Source of the DNA: an uncultured Ruminococcus sp.
Lineage (GTDB): Bacteria; Bacillota; Clostridia; Oscillospirales; CAG-272
Direction of reading: 5' to 3'
NCBI GenBank assembly: GCA_902761695.1
Contig: CACWLT010000006.1
Span: 1 to 58,092, forward strand
DNA length: 58,092 nucleotides
The notes below the pieces were generated by a model that saw nothing but the letters and a program-made list of their open reading frames with translations, was not told the DNA's origin and ran no database searches. Position 1 is the first letter of the stretch, and each line of letters starts with the position of its first letter. Both the position numbers and the translations under genes were made by a program. Below, piece by piece: positions 27,200-36,170 of the stretch.

Positions 27200-28636
27200 A
27201 TGTATCTGAAATATCTCTATCCCGCGCCGAAGAATTTCAGGGAAGACGAGGGCGAGCGCTTTGTATTCGGTGCCCGCGTGACAGCCCGGGTTTCGGGACT
27301 CACCCCGGAGGAAGCGGAACGGGTCAGGATCCTGTGGAACCGGTTCAGCTGCACGGCGTCGGAGCTGGAGCTTGTGCCGGGCGGCGAAGGGTTCCGGCTG
27401 GACATCGGGGAGGGGACGGACTGTGCCCTTGACCCCGTTGACCGGTACGCGCTGAAGGTCACCTCCGCCGGGGTCACGGTGAAAGGCGCGGACGGGGGCG
27501 GTCTGATGGACGGGATCAAGACCCTGGTACAGCTGATCTGTCCGGACGTGTTGGAGGAAGGGCGGGAATCCTTCTACATCACGGCGGCGGAGGCCCACGA
27601 TTCCCCGGCCATCCCCTTCCGGGCGGTGCATTTCTGCGTGTTCCCGGATTCCAGCCTGTACAATCTGGAAAAGGCGATCCATCTGGCGGGATTTTTAAAG
27701 ATGACCCACGTGATCCTGGAATTCTGGGGGACCTTCCGGTACGAATGCCTGCCGGAGCTGGCGTGGAAGGAGAAGTCCTTCTCGAAGGCGGAGCTGAAGC
27801 CGCTGGTGGAGCTGGCCCGCAGCTACGGCATGGAGGTCATTCCCATGTCGAACCAGTTCGGGCACGCCACCCAGTCCCGGTCCTGCTACGGCCGCCATGT
27901 GGTGCTGAACCGGAATCCCCGCCTGGCCCGCCTGTTCGAGCCCGACGGCTGGACCTGGTGCCTCTCGAATCCCGACACCTACCGGCTGCTTTCCGAGGTA
28001 CGCGCGGAGCTGGCGGATTTCTGCGGGGAGGGGAAGTATTTCCACGTCGGATTTGACGAGGCCTATTCCTTCGCCACCTGCGACCGGTGCCGGAAGCGCG
28101 TGCCGCACGAGCTGCTGGCGGAATACCTGAACCGGATCACGGAGGACGTATGCGGAACGGGCCGCCGCCCCATCGTCTGGCACGACCAGTTCATCCGGCG
28201 GGGAGACTTCGGCGAGGGGCCCATCGTCACCACCGGGGACAACCGGAACACGGCGGCGGCGCTGGAGCTGCTGGATCGGCGGATCATTATGGCGGACTGG
28301 CAGTACTCCTACGGAAACGGGTTCAACCCCACGACGAAATACTTCATGGACCGGGGGTTTGACACCGTGGTCTGCCCCTGGGACGGGCACGAGAACATCC
28401 GCTCCCTGGCGGCGGACGCGAAGAAGCTCGGGGCTTACGGGATCCTTCTGACCACCTGGCATCACCTGCCGAACTGGCTCCGGGACGCGTCCTTTGCCGC
28501 CGGCTGCGTCTGGGGAGAGGGAGAGGAGAATCCGCCCCATCCCGACACGGAATGCGCGTATCTGCTCCGTACCCTGTACGACACGGAGGGGGATTACGCA
28601 AGCTCAGGCTGGAACATGAACGAAGTGCCGCAGTAA
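27200..28636 (+). CDS. GH20-like hexosaminidase-family protein
   Basis: ORF 27032..28636 trimmed to the ATG at 27200 (AAAGGAGA upstream). AIPFRAVHF…, NQFGHA and FHVGFDEAY resemble the GH20 HxGGDE catalytic motif. No signal peptide. Confidence 0.55.
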   Translation: MYLKYLYPAPKNFREDEGERFVFGARVTARVSGLTPEEAERVRILWNRFSCTASELELVPGGEGFRLDIGEGTDCALDPVDRYALKVTSAGVTVKGADGGGLMDGIKTLVQLICPDVLEEGRESFYITAAEAHDSPAIPFRAVHFCVFPDSSLYNLEKAIHLAGFLKMTHVILEFWGTFRYECLPELAWKEKSFSKAELKPLVELARSYGMEVIPMSNQFGHATQSRSCYGRHVVLNRNPRLARLFEPDGWTWCLSNPDTYRLLSEVRAELADFCGEGKYFHVGFDEAYSFATCDRCRKRVPHELLAEYLNRITEDVCGTGRRPIVWHDQFIRRGDFGEGPIVTTGDNRNTAAALELLDRRIIMADWQYSYGNGFNPTTKYFMDRGFDTVVCPWDGHENIRSLAADAKKLGAYGILLTTWHHLPNWLRDASFAAGCVWGEGEENPPHPDTECAYLLRTLYDTEGDYASSGWNMNEVPQ

Positions 28637-28667
28637 CCCGCCCGGATATCGGACAAAGGAGGACGAC

Positions 28668-29699
28668 ATGGCTATCAGACACACCGCCGTCAGCTACTAC
28701 GGCTTAAACTACGAGGAGCACGCCCGCGCGGACTTCCGGGAGATGCTGGAGCACGGATGCGACACCGTGATTTTGGCCATCACCGAGTTTGACATGGATT
28801 TCTGGTTTCCCAATCTGAACAACATCATAAAGACCGCTCACGACGTCGGGCTGCGGTGCCTGGCGGATCTCTGGGGTATCGGCAAGTACTTCGGCGGGGA
28901 GCAGGTGAGCCTGTTTTTACAGAACAACATCCATAACCGGCAGGTCTCCGCCATGACGGGGGAGCCGCTGAACGCCGCCTGCTTCAATACGCGCTCCTTC
29001 CGGGACTACTTCAGGCGGCTGGCCGTGAAGATCGCGGAGAACACGGAGATCGACGGGTTCTTCTGGGACGAGCCCCACTACGCCCTGCCGAAATCCTACG
29101 CCTCCATCACCGGGGGAGCGGGGGAGGACTGGGCGTGCCGGTGTCCGGTCTGTCAGAAAAAGTTCGCGGACTACTACGGCTACGAGATGCCGAAGCTTAT
29201 GACCGACGACGTGAAGCAGTTCCGCTGGCGGGAGGCGCTGGAGATCCTCTCCGACACGTCGAAAACGCTGAAGGAGATCAACCCGAAGCTGGAGATCACC
29301 TGCTGCGTCCACGCGACCCTCAACACCTACTACGTCACGGAGCTGCGGGGCTACGACAACTGGGACGCCGTGGCCTCCTGCCCGTATTTCGACGTCTTCT
29401 CGACCACGATCCTCAACTGGGATCTGCCCGACGCGTTTTTCCGGGAGATCACGGAGCGGACGGTCCGGGCGGCGAAGAAGTACGGCAAGGAGTCGGAACG
29501 CTGGCTCATGGGCTACAACAAGATGCCGGCGGATCTCTCCCGGATCGACTGGGCCGTGGATCTTTACGAATCCCTCGGCGCGGACCGGCTCGGCACCTGG
29601 ACCTACCGGGGCGGCTACGGCACCTCCGTGGCGGCGAAGGATCCCATCCTGCTGTGGGACCGGATCGGGGAGAACTACCGCAGGGTATTGAAGAAATAA
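28668..29699 (+). CDS. Hypothetical TIM-barrel-like protein with a CxCxxC motif
   Basis: 343-aa ORF with AAAGGAGGA RBS; FFWDEPHY…DWACRCPVCQKKF; no family recalled. Confidence 0.35.
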   Translation: MAIRHTAVSYYGLNYEEHARADFREMLEHGCDTVILAITEFDMDFWFPNLNNIIKTAHDVGLRCLADLWGIGKYFGGEQVSLFLQNNIHNRQVSAMTGEPLNAACFNTRSFRDYFRRLAVKIAENTEIDGFFWDEPHYALPKSYASITGGAGEDWACRCPVCQKKFADYYGYEMPKLMTDDVKQFRWREALEILSDTSKTLKEINPKLEITCCVHATLNTYYVTELRGYDNWDAVASCPYFDVFSTTILNWDLPDAFFREITERTVRAAKKYGKESERWLMGYNKMPADLSRIDWAVDLYESLGADRLGTWTYRGGYGTSVAAKDPILLWDRIGENYRRVLKK

Positions 29700-29748
29700 A
29701 GGATCGGACAAACGGGCGGGATTTCCCGCATGACAAAAGGAGGTTCGC

Positions 29749-31245
29749 ATGAAGATCAGAAGACTGACATCGCTCCTGCTGGCGGCGCTTCTGCTGGTTC
29801 CTGCGGCGGGGTGCTCCGAGACGGCGGAATCCTCCGATCCCGGGGAGACGGCGGCGGCGCAGATTCCGGAAGCCGTTGATGTGACGGTGGAGACGGAGCC
29901 GGAGACGAACTATGTGGACACGCTGCCCGTCATGGATTTCGAGGGGAGGCTGTTCCAGATCGGGGCGGATGCGGGCTATCACCTCTCCCCGGAAGAGCTG
30001 ACCGGCGAGACCATCAACGACGCCGTGTACAAGCAGATGACCAATACGGAGGAGCGGTACGACACGGACATTCAGGTCATCGGCGTCAACACCGGTCTGG
30101 TGAAGGCTTCCGTCAACGCGGGGGACGACGCTTACCAGATCGTCACGGGCGGGACCAGCGGGTTCGCCTCAGGGTATGTGCTGTCGAGCATGGTGCAGAA
30201 TCTGTACAAATTTGACCGGATCGACCTCACGAAACCCTGGTGGAACCAGAATTCCGTGAAGGAGCTGACCCTCAACGGCAAGCTCTACATGGCCTTCGGC
30301 GACTTCGCCTGCGAGCGCGGCATCACCTACACCCACTCCTTCTATTTCAACAAGGTGCTGGGGGAGGAGTTCAACCTGAACGAGAACATCGAGAACCTGT
30401 ACGGCGAGAAGAATATGTACGAGCTGGTCCGCTCCGGGAAATGGACCATCGACGCGCTGGAGAGCCTGATCGCCGGGGTCTATGTGGACGTGGACGGCGA
30501 CGGGGATGTGAAAAAGGACTTCGACGACCTCTACGGCCTGGGGCAGTCCATTCCCGTGTCCGGCGTATACCGCACGGCCTTCGACTGTCTGATTATGGCC
30601 CGTGACGACGAGGGCTGGCCGGTGCTGGACATCAACACGGACAAGTTCAACGCCATTGTGCCGCGTATCTATGCCCTCTGCTTTGAGAATCCGTCCGTTC
30701 TGGAGGGAGAGCACGCGGAGGAGGGGATCCTGGGCGACACCTTCGTGGCCGGGCGGCTGATGATCTATTCCGGCTTCCTCTGCGACGTGGCCAAGCTGCG
30801 GGAGATGAAGGACGAATTCGGCGTGTTGCCCTTCCCGAAGTACGACGAGGGGCAGGAGAACTACTTCACCACCGTCCGGGGGGACAACTATTTCCTGGGC
30901 ATCCCGGTGACGGTGGCCGAGGCGGACCGGGACTTTGTGGGGCTGGTGACGGAGACCATCGCCTGTTACGGCTACACCGACGTCCGCCCCGCCGTGTACG
31001 ACGACACGCTGAAGGGCAAGATGACCCGGGACGAGGATTCCGTGCAGATGCTGGACATTCTGGTGGACGGCATCGTGGTGGAGTTCGCCTTTGCCCACGC
31101 CAACGACGGCAGCTTCTCCTACGTGCTGTGGAACGTGCTGAACGCCAGACTGGACAGCTTCGCGTCGTACTACCAGAAGAAGCTGAAGGTCGCCAACAAA
31201 TACTACGAAAAGGTCAACAACGTGTACAAGTCCATGGAGGACTGA
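29749..31245 (+). CDS. Extracellular solute-binding lipoprotein, paralog 5
   Basis: MKIRRLTSLLLAALLLVPAAGCS lipobox; NMYELVRSGKWTIDAL and DVDGDGDVKKD motifs. Confidence 0.8.
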   Translation: MKIRRLTSLLLAALLLVPAAGCSETAESSDPGETAAAQIPEAVDVTVETEPETNYVDTLPVMDFEGRLFQIGADAGYHLSPEELTGETINDAVYKQMTNTEERYDTDIQVIGVNTGLVKASVNAGDDAYQIVTGGTSGFASGYVLSSMVQNLYKFDRIDLTKPWWNQNSVKELTLNGKLYMAFGDFACERGITYTHSFYFNKVLGEEFNLNENIENLYGEKNMYELVRSGKWTIDALESLIAGVYVDVDGDGDVKKDFDDLYGLGQSIPVSGVYRTAFDCLIMARDDEGWPVLDINTDKFNAIVPRIYALCFENPSVLEGEHAEEGILGDTFVAGRLMIYSGFLCDVAKLREMKDEFGVLPFPKYDEGQENYFTTVRGDNYFLGIPVTVAEADRDFVGLVTETIACYGYTDVRPAVYDDTLKGKMTRDEDSVQMLDILVDGIVVEFAFAHANDGSFSYVLWNVLNARLDSFASYYQKKLKVANKYYEKVNNVYKSMED

Positions 31246-31270
31246 CGCCGGAAAAACAGCAGGAGGCATT

Positions 31271-31993
31271 ATGATGCAGGAAAAGCTGGATTTACTGTTG
31301 GAGAAATACGATGTTCCCGCCGGGGCCGAAATGAGCGGGACGGACGAAGTCATCATCGGCGGGCGGGCGTATCCCCTCCTCCCCCATCGCTTCGAGCGGC
31401 GGATCACGGAGCTGAAAAAGATGCTCGGCGACGGGACCACGGGGAGGATCTCCGCCGTCCGGTGCGGTCATGTCTCGCCGTGCACCGTGCCGCTGTACGG
31501 GTTGATCCGCCGGGAGTTCGACATCGCGCGGTTCATCACGGGGCAGGAGATTGTCGGGGTGACGGCCTTTGTCCGCGCCGAAAACGGGGAGGACCGCGCG
31601 GCGACCCTCATTGCGGAGATGAGCGGCGGGGCGGTGTGCTCCATGGAGATCGCCGACACGCTGCCCGCCGGGGAAGGGCACATCGACAAGCACGAGGTCA
31701 TCACGGGCCGGGGGCTGGTCTGCGACCGGGTGGTGGATTCCCAGATCCCGGCTCAGTCGGTCTACCTCTACGGGGAAAGCGGCGATGAAGCGTATACCGA
31801 CGTGGATTATGAGCTCTACGGGCTGGATCAGGACGAGGCGGCCGCCGTCCGGTGCGCGTTTGCCTTAGCGAAGGACGAGGGGCTGCGGGCAGAGGCGCTG
31901 TCGAACGCCGAGAGGCTGGATAAGCTCATGGCGGCGGTGAAGCGGTCGGCAGAGAGCCGCGAGCGGGTATCGGTCGGAAGCGATGAGGTCTGA
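31271..31993 (+). CDS. Hypothetical protein resembling a Rossmann-less Gfo/Idh/MocA C-terminal domain
   Basis: 240-aa ORF immediately upstream of the Gfo/Idh/MocA-like gene. No GxGxxG segment. The assignment is tentative. Confidence 0.35.
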   Translation: MMQEKLDLLLEKYDVPAGAEMSGTDEVIIGGRAYPLLPHRFERRITELKKMLGDGTTGRISAVRCGHVSPCTVPLYGLIRREFDIARFITGQEIVGVTAFVRAENGEDRAATLIAEMSGGAVCSMEIADTLPAGEGHIDKHEVITGRGLVCDRVVDSQIPAQSVYLYGESGDEAYTDVDYELYGLDQDEAAAVRCAFALAKDEGLRAEALSNAERLDKLMAAVKRSAESRERVSVGSDEV

Positions 31994-32009
31994 GGGGAGG
32001 ACTGCAAGG

Positions 32010-33086
32010 ATGGAAAAGCTGAAAATCGCCATGATGTCCATGACCCACGGACACACGAGAAAGTATTATCAGGTATTGAAGGAGAACCCGAAGCTGGAGT
32101 GGATCGCCGTTTCCACCGCCAACGAGGACGTGAAGCGGATCTTTCTGAACTCGGTGGAGGGGATCCCGTGCTACGACTCCGACGAGGCCATGCTGGACGC
32201 GCATCCCGAGATCGAAGCGGCGGTGCTGGCCAGCGAGAACAGCGAGCACCTCCGCCAGATGAAGCTTTGCGCCGAACGGGGGATCCATATTTTGTCCATG
32301 AAGATCCCGACCTTCGACATGGAGGAATACGACGAGATGATCCGGCTCTGCGAGGAGCGCCGGGTGGTCTGCCAGATCGAGCTGGAGCTGCACTACAATC
32401 CCGTGGTGCGCCGGATGCGGGAGCTGGTGGAGGCGGGGAAGATCGGCAATCTGCTCTCCTTCAAGGCGACGAACACCACGCTCTCCCCGGTCTGGGCGTT
32501 CCCCTGGCAGGGCGTGCCGGAGAAGAGCTACGGGCGGAGAGTTCCCCTCAAGGACGGGGATCCCCGGTTCCGCGGCGGCGCGCTGTGCGACCATCCCCAC
32601 ATCTTCGACCTGATCCGGCACGTCACGGGGAGCGAGTTTGAATCCCTCTACGCCTCCGCGGCGCCGAACATCCGGCCGGACATCGAGGAGGAGGACATGC
32701 TGAACATCGTGGGACGGATGAAAAACGGGGTGGTCTTCTCCCTCGATCCATCCTGGTCCAACATGGAGGAGAGGCTGAAGGTGCCCGGACCCGGCTGGGA
32801 GGTGGCCCCGAAGCGGATGGAGGTCAACCTGATCCTCTGCGGCGACAGGGGGACAATCATGACGGACTGCTTCGGCCCGAACACCTACCACAACGGCGCG
32901 CCCAACGACCGGTACACCGTGAACTACACCTACTTCGACGAATGGGTGGGGCTCATCGACGAGTTTGTGGACAACATCCGGCTTGACCGGCTGCCGAAGA
33001 TCAATCTCCGCTGGCACCGGGAGACCGTCCGGGTTATGAACGCGGTTTACGACAGCATTGCGTCCGGCCGGGTGGTCACGCTCTGA
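32010..33086 (+). CDS. Gfo/Idh/MocA-family oxidoreductase-like protein (divergent)
   Basis: ORF 31983..33086 trimmed to the ATG at 32010 (GGGGAGGA upstream). MEKLKIAMMSMTHGH…; ILSMKIPTF sits in the position of the family EKP motif; the C-terminal alpha/beta domain is present. Confidence 0.5.
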   Translation: MEKLKIAMMSMTHGHTRKYYQVLKENPKLEWIAVSTANEDVKRIFLNSVEGIPCYDSDEAMLDAHPEIEAAVLASENSEHLRQMKLCAERGIHILSMKIPTFDMEEYDEMIRLCEERRVVCQIELELHYNPVVRRMRELVEAGKIGNLLSFKATNTTLSPVWAFPWQGVPEKSYGRRVPLKDGDPRFRGGALCDHPHIFDLIRHVTGSEFESLYASAAPNIRPDIEEEDMLNIVGRMKNGVVFSLDPSWSNMEERLKVPGPGWEVAPKRMEVNLILCGDRGTIMTDCFGPNTYHNGAPNDRYTVNYTYFDEWVGLIDEFVDNIRLDRLPKINLRWHRETVRVMNAVYDSIASGRVVTL

Positions 33087-33095
33087 CGGTTTGCC

Positions 33096-34238
33096 ATGAG
33101 CACGAAGATTGCCGCGCTGACGGAGGAGATCGGCCGGGGGATCCGGGAGGGGCTCTTCGGCGCGTCCGGGGAGGTCTTCCTGACGGCCCGTCAGATCGTT
33201 GCGGCCTACGATGTGTCCCTGGACAGCGCCATGCGGATCCTCACCGGTCTGACGGAGGCCCGCCTCCTCCGTCTGGAGGGAAAGCGCTATTACGTCACCG
33301 CCGGGTACGCCGCGCCGGACAGTCCGCTGGGGGAGAAGCTGAACAGAAAGCGCAGGCCGCTTCTCGGGATGATTCTCAATTCCGTCGACAGCCCGTTTTT
33401 CTCCTCCCTGGCCAGGGAGCTGAGCACGGCGGCGGACCACGCGGACTACACGATCCTGATGGCGGACAGCGGAAACCGGCCGGAGCGGGACAAGGAGCTG
33501 CTCGACCTCTTCATCGGGCTGGGGGCCGCCGGGATCTTTATCGCGCCCAGCATTTCCGCCGATCCGGAGCTCTACGCCCGCTGTCCCGTGCCGCTGGTAT
33601 CTCTGGGGCGGGATCTGGGGCTTTCCAACTGCGACGCCGTGACGGTGAACAACGAGGCGGCGGGGCGGCAGGCGGCGGATCATCTGCGGGCGGTGGGCTG
33701 CACCAGGTTCGCCTACGTGGGCATCCGGCAGTATCTGGACGAGGACCCGCGGCTGCGCGGATACGCCGAACAGCTGGAGCGGCTGGGGATCCGTCCGGAG
33801 CGGGACGCTGTCCTTGCCGCGGATCAGCCGCCGGACCGGGGACTGGACTACGAATCCCTGTCGGGGCCGCTCGGGGCGCTGTTCCTCGGGATGGGGGAGG
33901 ACGAGAAGCTGGGGATCTTCTGCTATCACGATCTTCTGGCGTCCTACACCCTGCAGCGGGCGAAGCACTACAGCCACCTCTATCCCGGGCGGTTCCGCAT
34001 CCCGGAGGACGTGGCGGTGGTGGGCTTCGACGATCTGCCGGTGGCCTCCGTGATCGTGCCGCCGCTGACCACGGTGCGGTATCAGTACGGCGCTATCGCG
34101 GGGGTGGCCCTGACCTCCATGCTGGACTACATCGCCGATCCGGGACACACGCCGGGCAAGCACGAGATCTTTTCCTCCCTGAGCATCCGGGAGAGCACCA
34201 TGAAGACCGTAGGGGCGGCGGGGGAGGACGGAAGATGA
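33096..34238 (+). CDS. Transcriptional regulator: N-terminal winged-helix (GntR-like) plus LacI/PBP1 sugar-binding domain
   Basis: LTARQIVAAYDVSLDSAMRILTGL (wHTH-like); LLGMILNSVDSPFFSSLA and VVGFDDLPVASVIVPPLTTV (classic LacI-family ligand-domain motifs). Confidence 0.7.
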   Translation: MSTKIAALTEEIGRGIREGLFGASGEVFLTARQIVAAYDVSLDSAMRILTGLTEARLLRLEGKRYYVTAGYAAPDSPLGEKLNRKRRPLLGMILNSVDSPFFSSLARELSTAADHADYTILMADSGNRPERDKELLDLFIGLGAAGIFIAPSISADPELYARCPVPLVSLGRDLGLSNCDAVTVNNEAAGRQAADHLRAVGCTRFAYVGIRQYLDEDPRLRGYAEQLERLGIRPERDAVLAADQPPDRGLDYESLSGPLGALFLGMGEDEKLGIFCYHDLLASYTLQRAKHYSHLYPGRFRIPEDVAVVGFDDLPVASVIVPPLTTVRYQYGAIAGVALTSMLDYIADPGHTPGKHEIFSSLSIRESTMKTVGAAGEDGR

Positions 34239-35101
34239 AGCTTCTTATAATTGGGCTCTGCGGGCAGTCGGTATTTCTCAGGGTCCCGCATTTTCACGCG
34301 CCGGGGGAGACCCTTCACGCCGAGTCCCTGTTCTCCGAGCCCGGTGGGAAGGGGTACAACCAGGCGGTGGCGGCCCGGCGCATGGGAGCGGAGACGGTCT
34401 TCGCGGGCGCTGTGGGGCGTGACGCGGAGGGGGTGCTCTGCGAGGCGCGGCTGACTGAGGAGGGGATTACCTCCTGTCTCATCCGCAAGCCGGAGCGGAC
34501 GGCCTATGCCTCCATCCTGACGGACGGGCGCGGGGAGAACCGGGTGACGGTATTCCCCGGAGCGCGGCTGACGGCTGCCGACATCCGGGGGCTGGAGGGG
34601 CGGTTTGCTGAGGCTGGGATGGTGCTGCTGACCCCGGAGATCCCGGAGGAGGTCTTCGCGGAGGCGATGGCGCTGGCGAAAAAGCACGGCGTCCGGGCGG
34701 TCGTCAATCCCGCGCCGTTCTTCCCCTGGGTGAGAAAATATCTCGATTCCGCATGGCTGCTGACGCCGAACGGGAGCGAAGCCGGGGCCATGCTGGACTG
34801 CACACCGGAGGATCTGCCCCGTGCTCTGGCCGCGTCCAGGTATCCCCGTGTGGTTGTGACGCTGGGGGGAGAGGGGGCGCTTTGCCTGGAGGACGGCGTC
34901 ATAACAAAAATCCCCGCGCCGTCTGTGACCGTTCGGGACACAACCGGGGCGGGGGATTGTCTGAATGGAGTGCTGTGCGCGCTGCTGTCGGAGGGGTATT
35001 CCCTCACGGAGGCTGCGGGAAAAGCCGTTCTTGCCGCCTCTCTGTCCGTGACGCGTCCCCATGTGCTGGACGGGATGCCGCGGCGGGAGGAGATCGTTTA
35101 A
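34235..35101 (+). CDS. rbsK: Ribokinase / PfkB-family sugar kinase
   Basis: GGKGYNQAVAARRMG and DTTGAGDCLNG (PfkB signatures). The ATGA overlap with the regulator stop suggests translational coupling. Confidence 0.75.
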   Translation: MKLLIIGLCGQSVFLRVPHFHAPGETLHAESLFSEPGGKGYNQAVAARRMGAETVFAGAVGRDAEGVLCEARLTEEGITSCLIRKPERTAYASILTDGRGENRVTVFPGARLTAADIRGLEGRFAEAGMVLLTPEIPEEVFAEAMALAKKHGVRAVVNPAPFFPWVRKYLDSAWLLTPNGSEAGAMLDCTPEDLPRALAASRYPRVVVTLGGEGALCLEDGVITKIPAPSVTVRDTTGAGDCLNGVLCALLSEGYSLTEAAGKAVLAASLSVTRPHVLDGMPRREEIV

Positions 35102-35229
35102 TAATGAGCCAGCAAGCTGAAAATCGGTTTTCAGACGTGCGGCTGCCGGAACCCCGGGTTGGCCTGGGCTTCAGGCATCGGATACCGATTCCGGCAAGCT
35201 TTTGTTTGCTGGCGGAGCAATAAGGAAGG

Positions 35230-35850
35230 TCAGGCCTTCAGCATTTCGCGGACGCGGTCGGCGATGATTCCGGCCTGGATATCGATGGCTTCGGCTCGGA
35301 AGTGAAAGGTGTCCGACCAGTACCGCTCCCGGTCCAGGGGATCCATGGCGGAGAACAGGTCGATCACGGGCAGATTCTGCTCCCGGGACAGGCGCAGGAC
35401 GGTCTCGTTCAGGGAAGCCGATATGGCGGTGAGGGCGGGATCCTTCAGGGGCGTGGAGAGGGTCAGGGCCAGCTTCGTCTCCGGGAGCTTCGCGCGGATG
35501 AACGCAACAGAGGAGGCATAGGCCGCGTCCCACTCCGCCCGGGCCGTGGTCAGGCTGTGGAGGCCGTTGTTGAAGCAGACCGCGTCATAGGGGCGGGCGT
35601 CCAGCATGAAGTCCAGCTCCCGGAAATAGTCCGGGTCTGTCACGCACTTGGAGGACGCCCAGAAGGAGACGTTCACCTCCCCGGCCAGCTTGTCCCGGAC
35701 GGCGCCGTTATAGCCGTTGCAGATGGAATCCCCGATGAGGAGGACCCGGGGGCGGCTCTCGTCCAGGGTGTCATAAGCGTATGTGATGCTCCATTCGATG
35801 CCTTCCCGTTTCCGGGAGGTGGAGCGAGGCGCAAAATCCTGCCATGTCAT
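35230..35850 (-). CDS. SGNH/GDSL hydrolase (carbohydrate esterase-like)
   Basis: ORF trimmed to MTWQ at 35850 (GGAGGA 7 nt upstream); VLLIGDSICNGY (block I), FNNGLH (block III), DTFH (block V). Confidence 0.75.
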   Translation of the reverse strand: MTWQDFAPRSTSRKREGIEWSITYAYDTLDESRPRVLLIGDSICNGYNGAVRDKLAGEVNVSFWASSKCVTDPDYFRELDFMLDARPYDAVCFNNGLHSLTTARAEWDAAYASSVAFIRAKLPETKLALTLSTPLKDPALTAISASLNETVLRLSREQNLPVIDLFSAMDPLDRERYWSDTFHFRAEAIDIQAGIIADRVREMLKA

Positions 35851-35943
35851 AGGGATATCCTCCATTGCGGCTGATGAATTGCGGGTTGGTTCCTCTATGC
35901 GGAACGCGGGCTTCTTTGGGGGAATTCGTGAAAGTCCCTTATG

Positions 35944-35972
35944 ATTGTAACACAATCCGGGAGATCCGTCAA
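35944..35972 (-). promoter_or_regulatory. Minus-strand SigA-type promoter with extended -10 for the SGNH gene
   Basis: Read on the minus strand: TTGACG (35972-35967), 17-nt spacer, TGTTACAAT (-10 at 35949-35944). Confidence 0.55.
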
Positions 35973-35979
35973 GGTATCC

Positions 35980-36051
35980 GGCGGAACGCTCGGCGGAACG
36001 CCCGGCAGAATGCCCGGCAGAATGCCCGGCAAAGTGCCTGGCAGAATGCCC
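35980..36051. repeat. Tandem array of six 12-nt units (consensus GGCAGAATGCCC), each an internal GGCA-N3-TGCC palindrome
   Basis: Units: GGCGGAACGCTC, GGCGGAACGCCC, GGCAGAATGCCC, GGCAGAATGCCC, GGCAAAGTGCCT, GGCAGAATGCCC. The array lies between the -35 boxes of two divergent promoters. Confidence 0.9.
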
Positions 36052-36073
36052 TTCATTTCCGCCGGCGGACTTC

Positions 36074-36102
36074 TTGACAGGGCGGCCGGTTTTTGCTATG
36101 AT
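36074..36102 (+). promoter_or_regulatory. SigA-type promoter for the metallophosphoesterase gene
   Basis: TTGACA at 36074-36079, 17-nt spacer ending TGC, TATGAT at 36097-36102. Confidence 0.55.
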
Positions 36103-36170
36103 GAAGGGGAACGGGAACCGTACGGCTGGCGGACAGCCGGCGCGGGGGCCGATACTCGACGCGGACGGCG

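Noticed and set aside
35107-35216. Structured-looking convergent intergenic region (hairpin CTGAAAA-TCGG-TTTTCAG, distal complementarity GCCAGCAAGC … GCTTTTGTTTGCTGGC), considered as a riboswitch or sRNA
   Set aside because: It lies downstream of both flanking genes, and I recognise no known riboswitch consensus. The pairings are short and imperfect. It most likely holds terminator-like hairpins, with too little support to call.
35980-36051. Possible CRISPR array
   Set aside because: The units are 12 nt long and directly abutting, with no spacers. No leader and no cas genes are present, so this is not a CRISPR.
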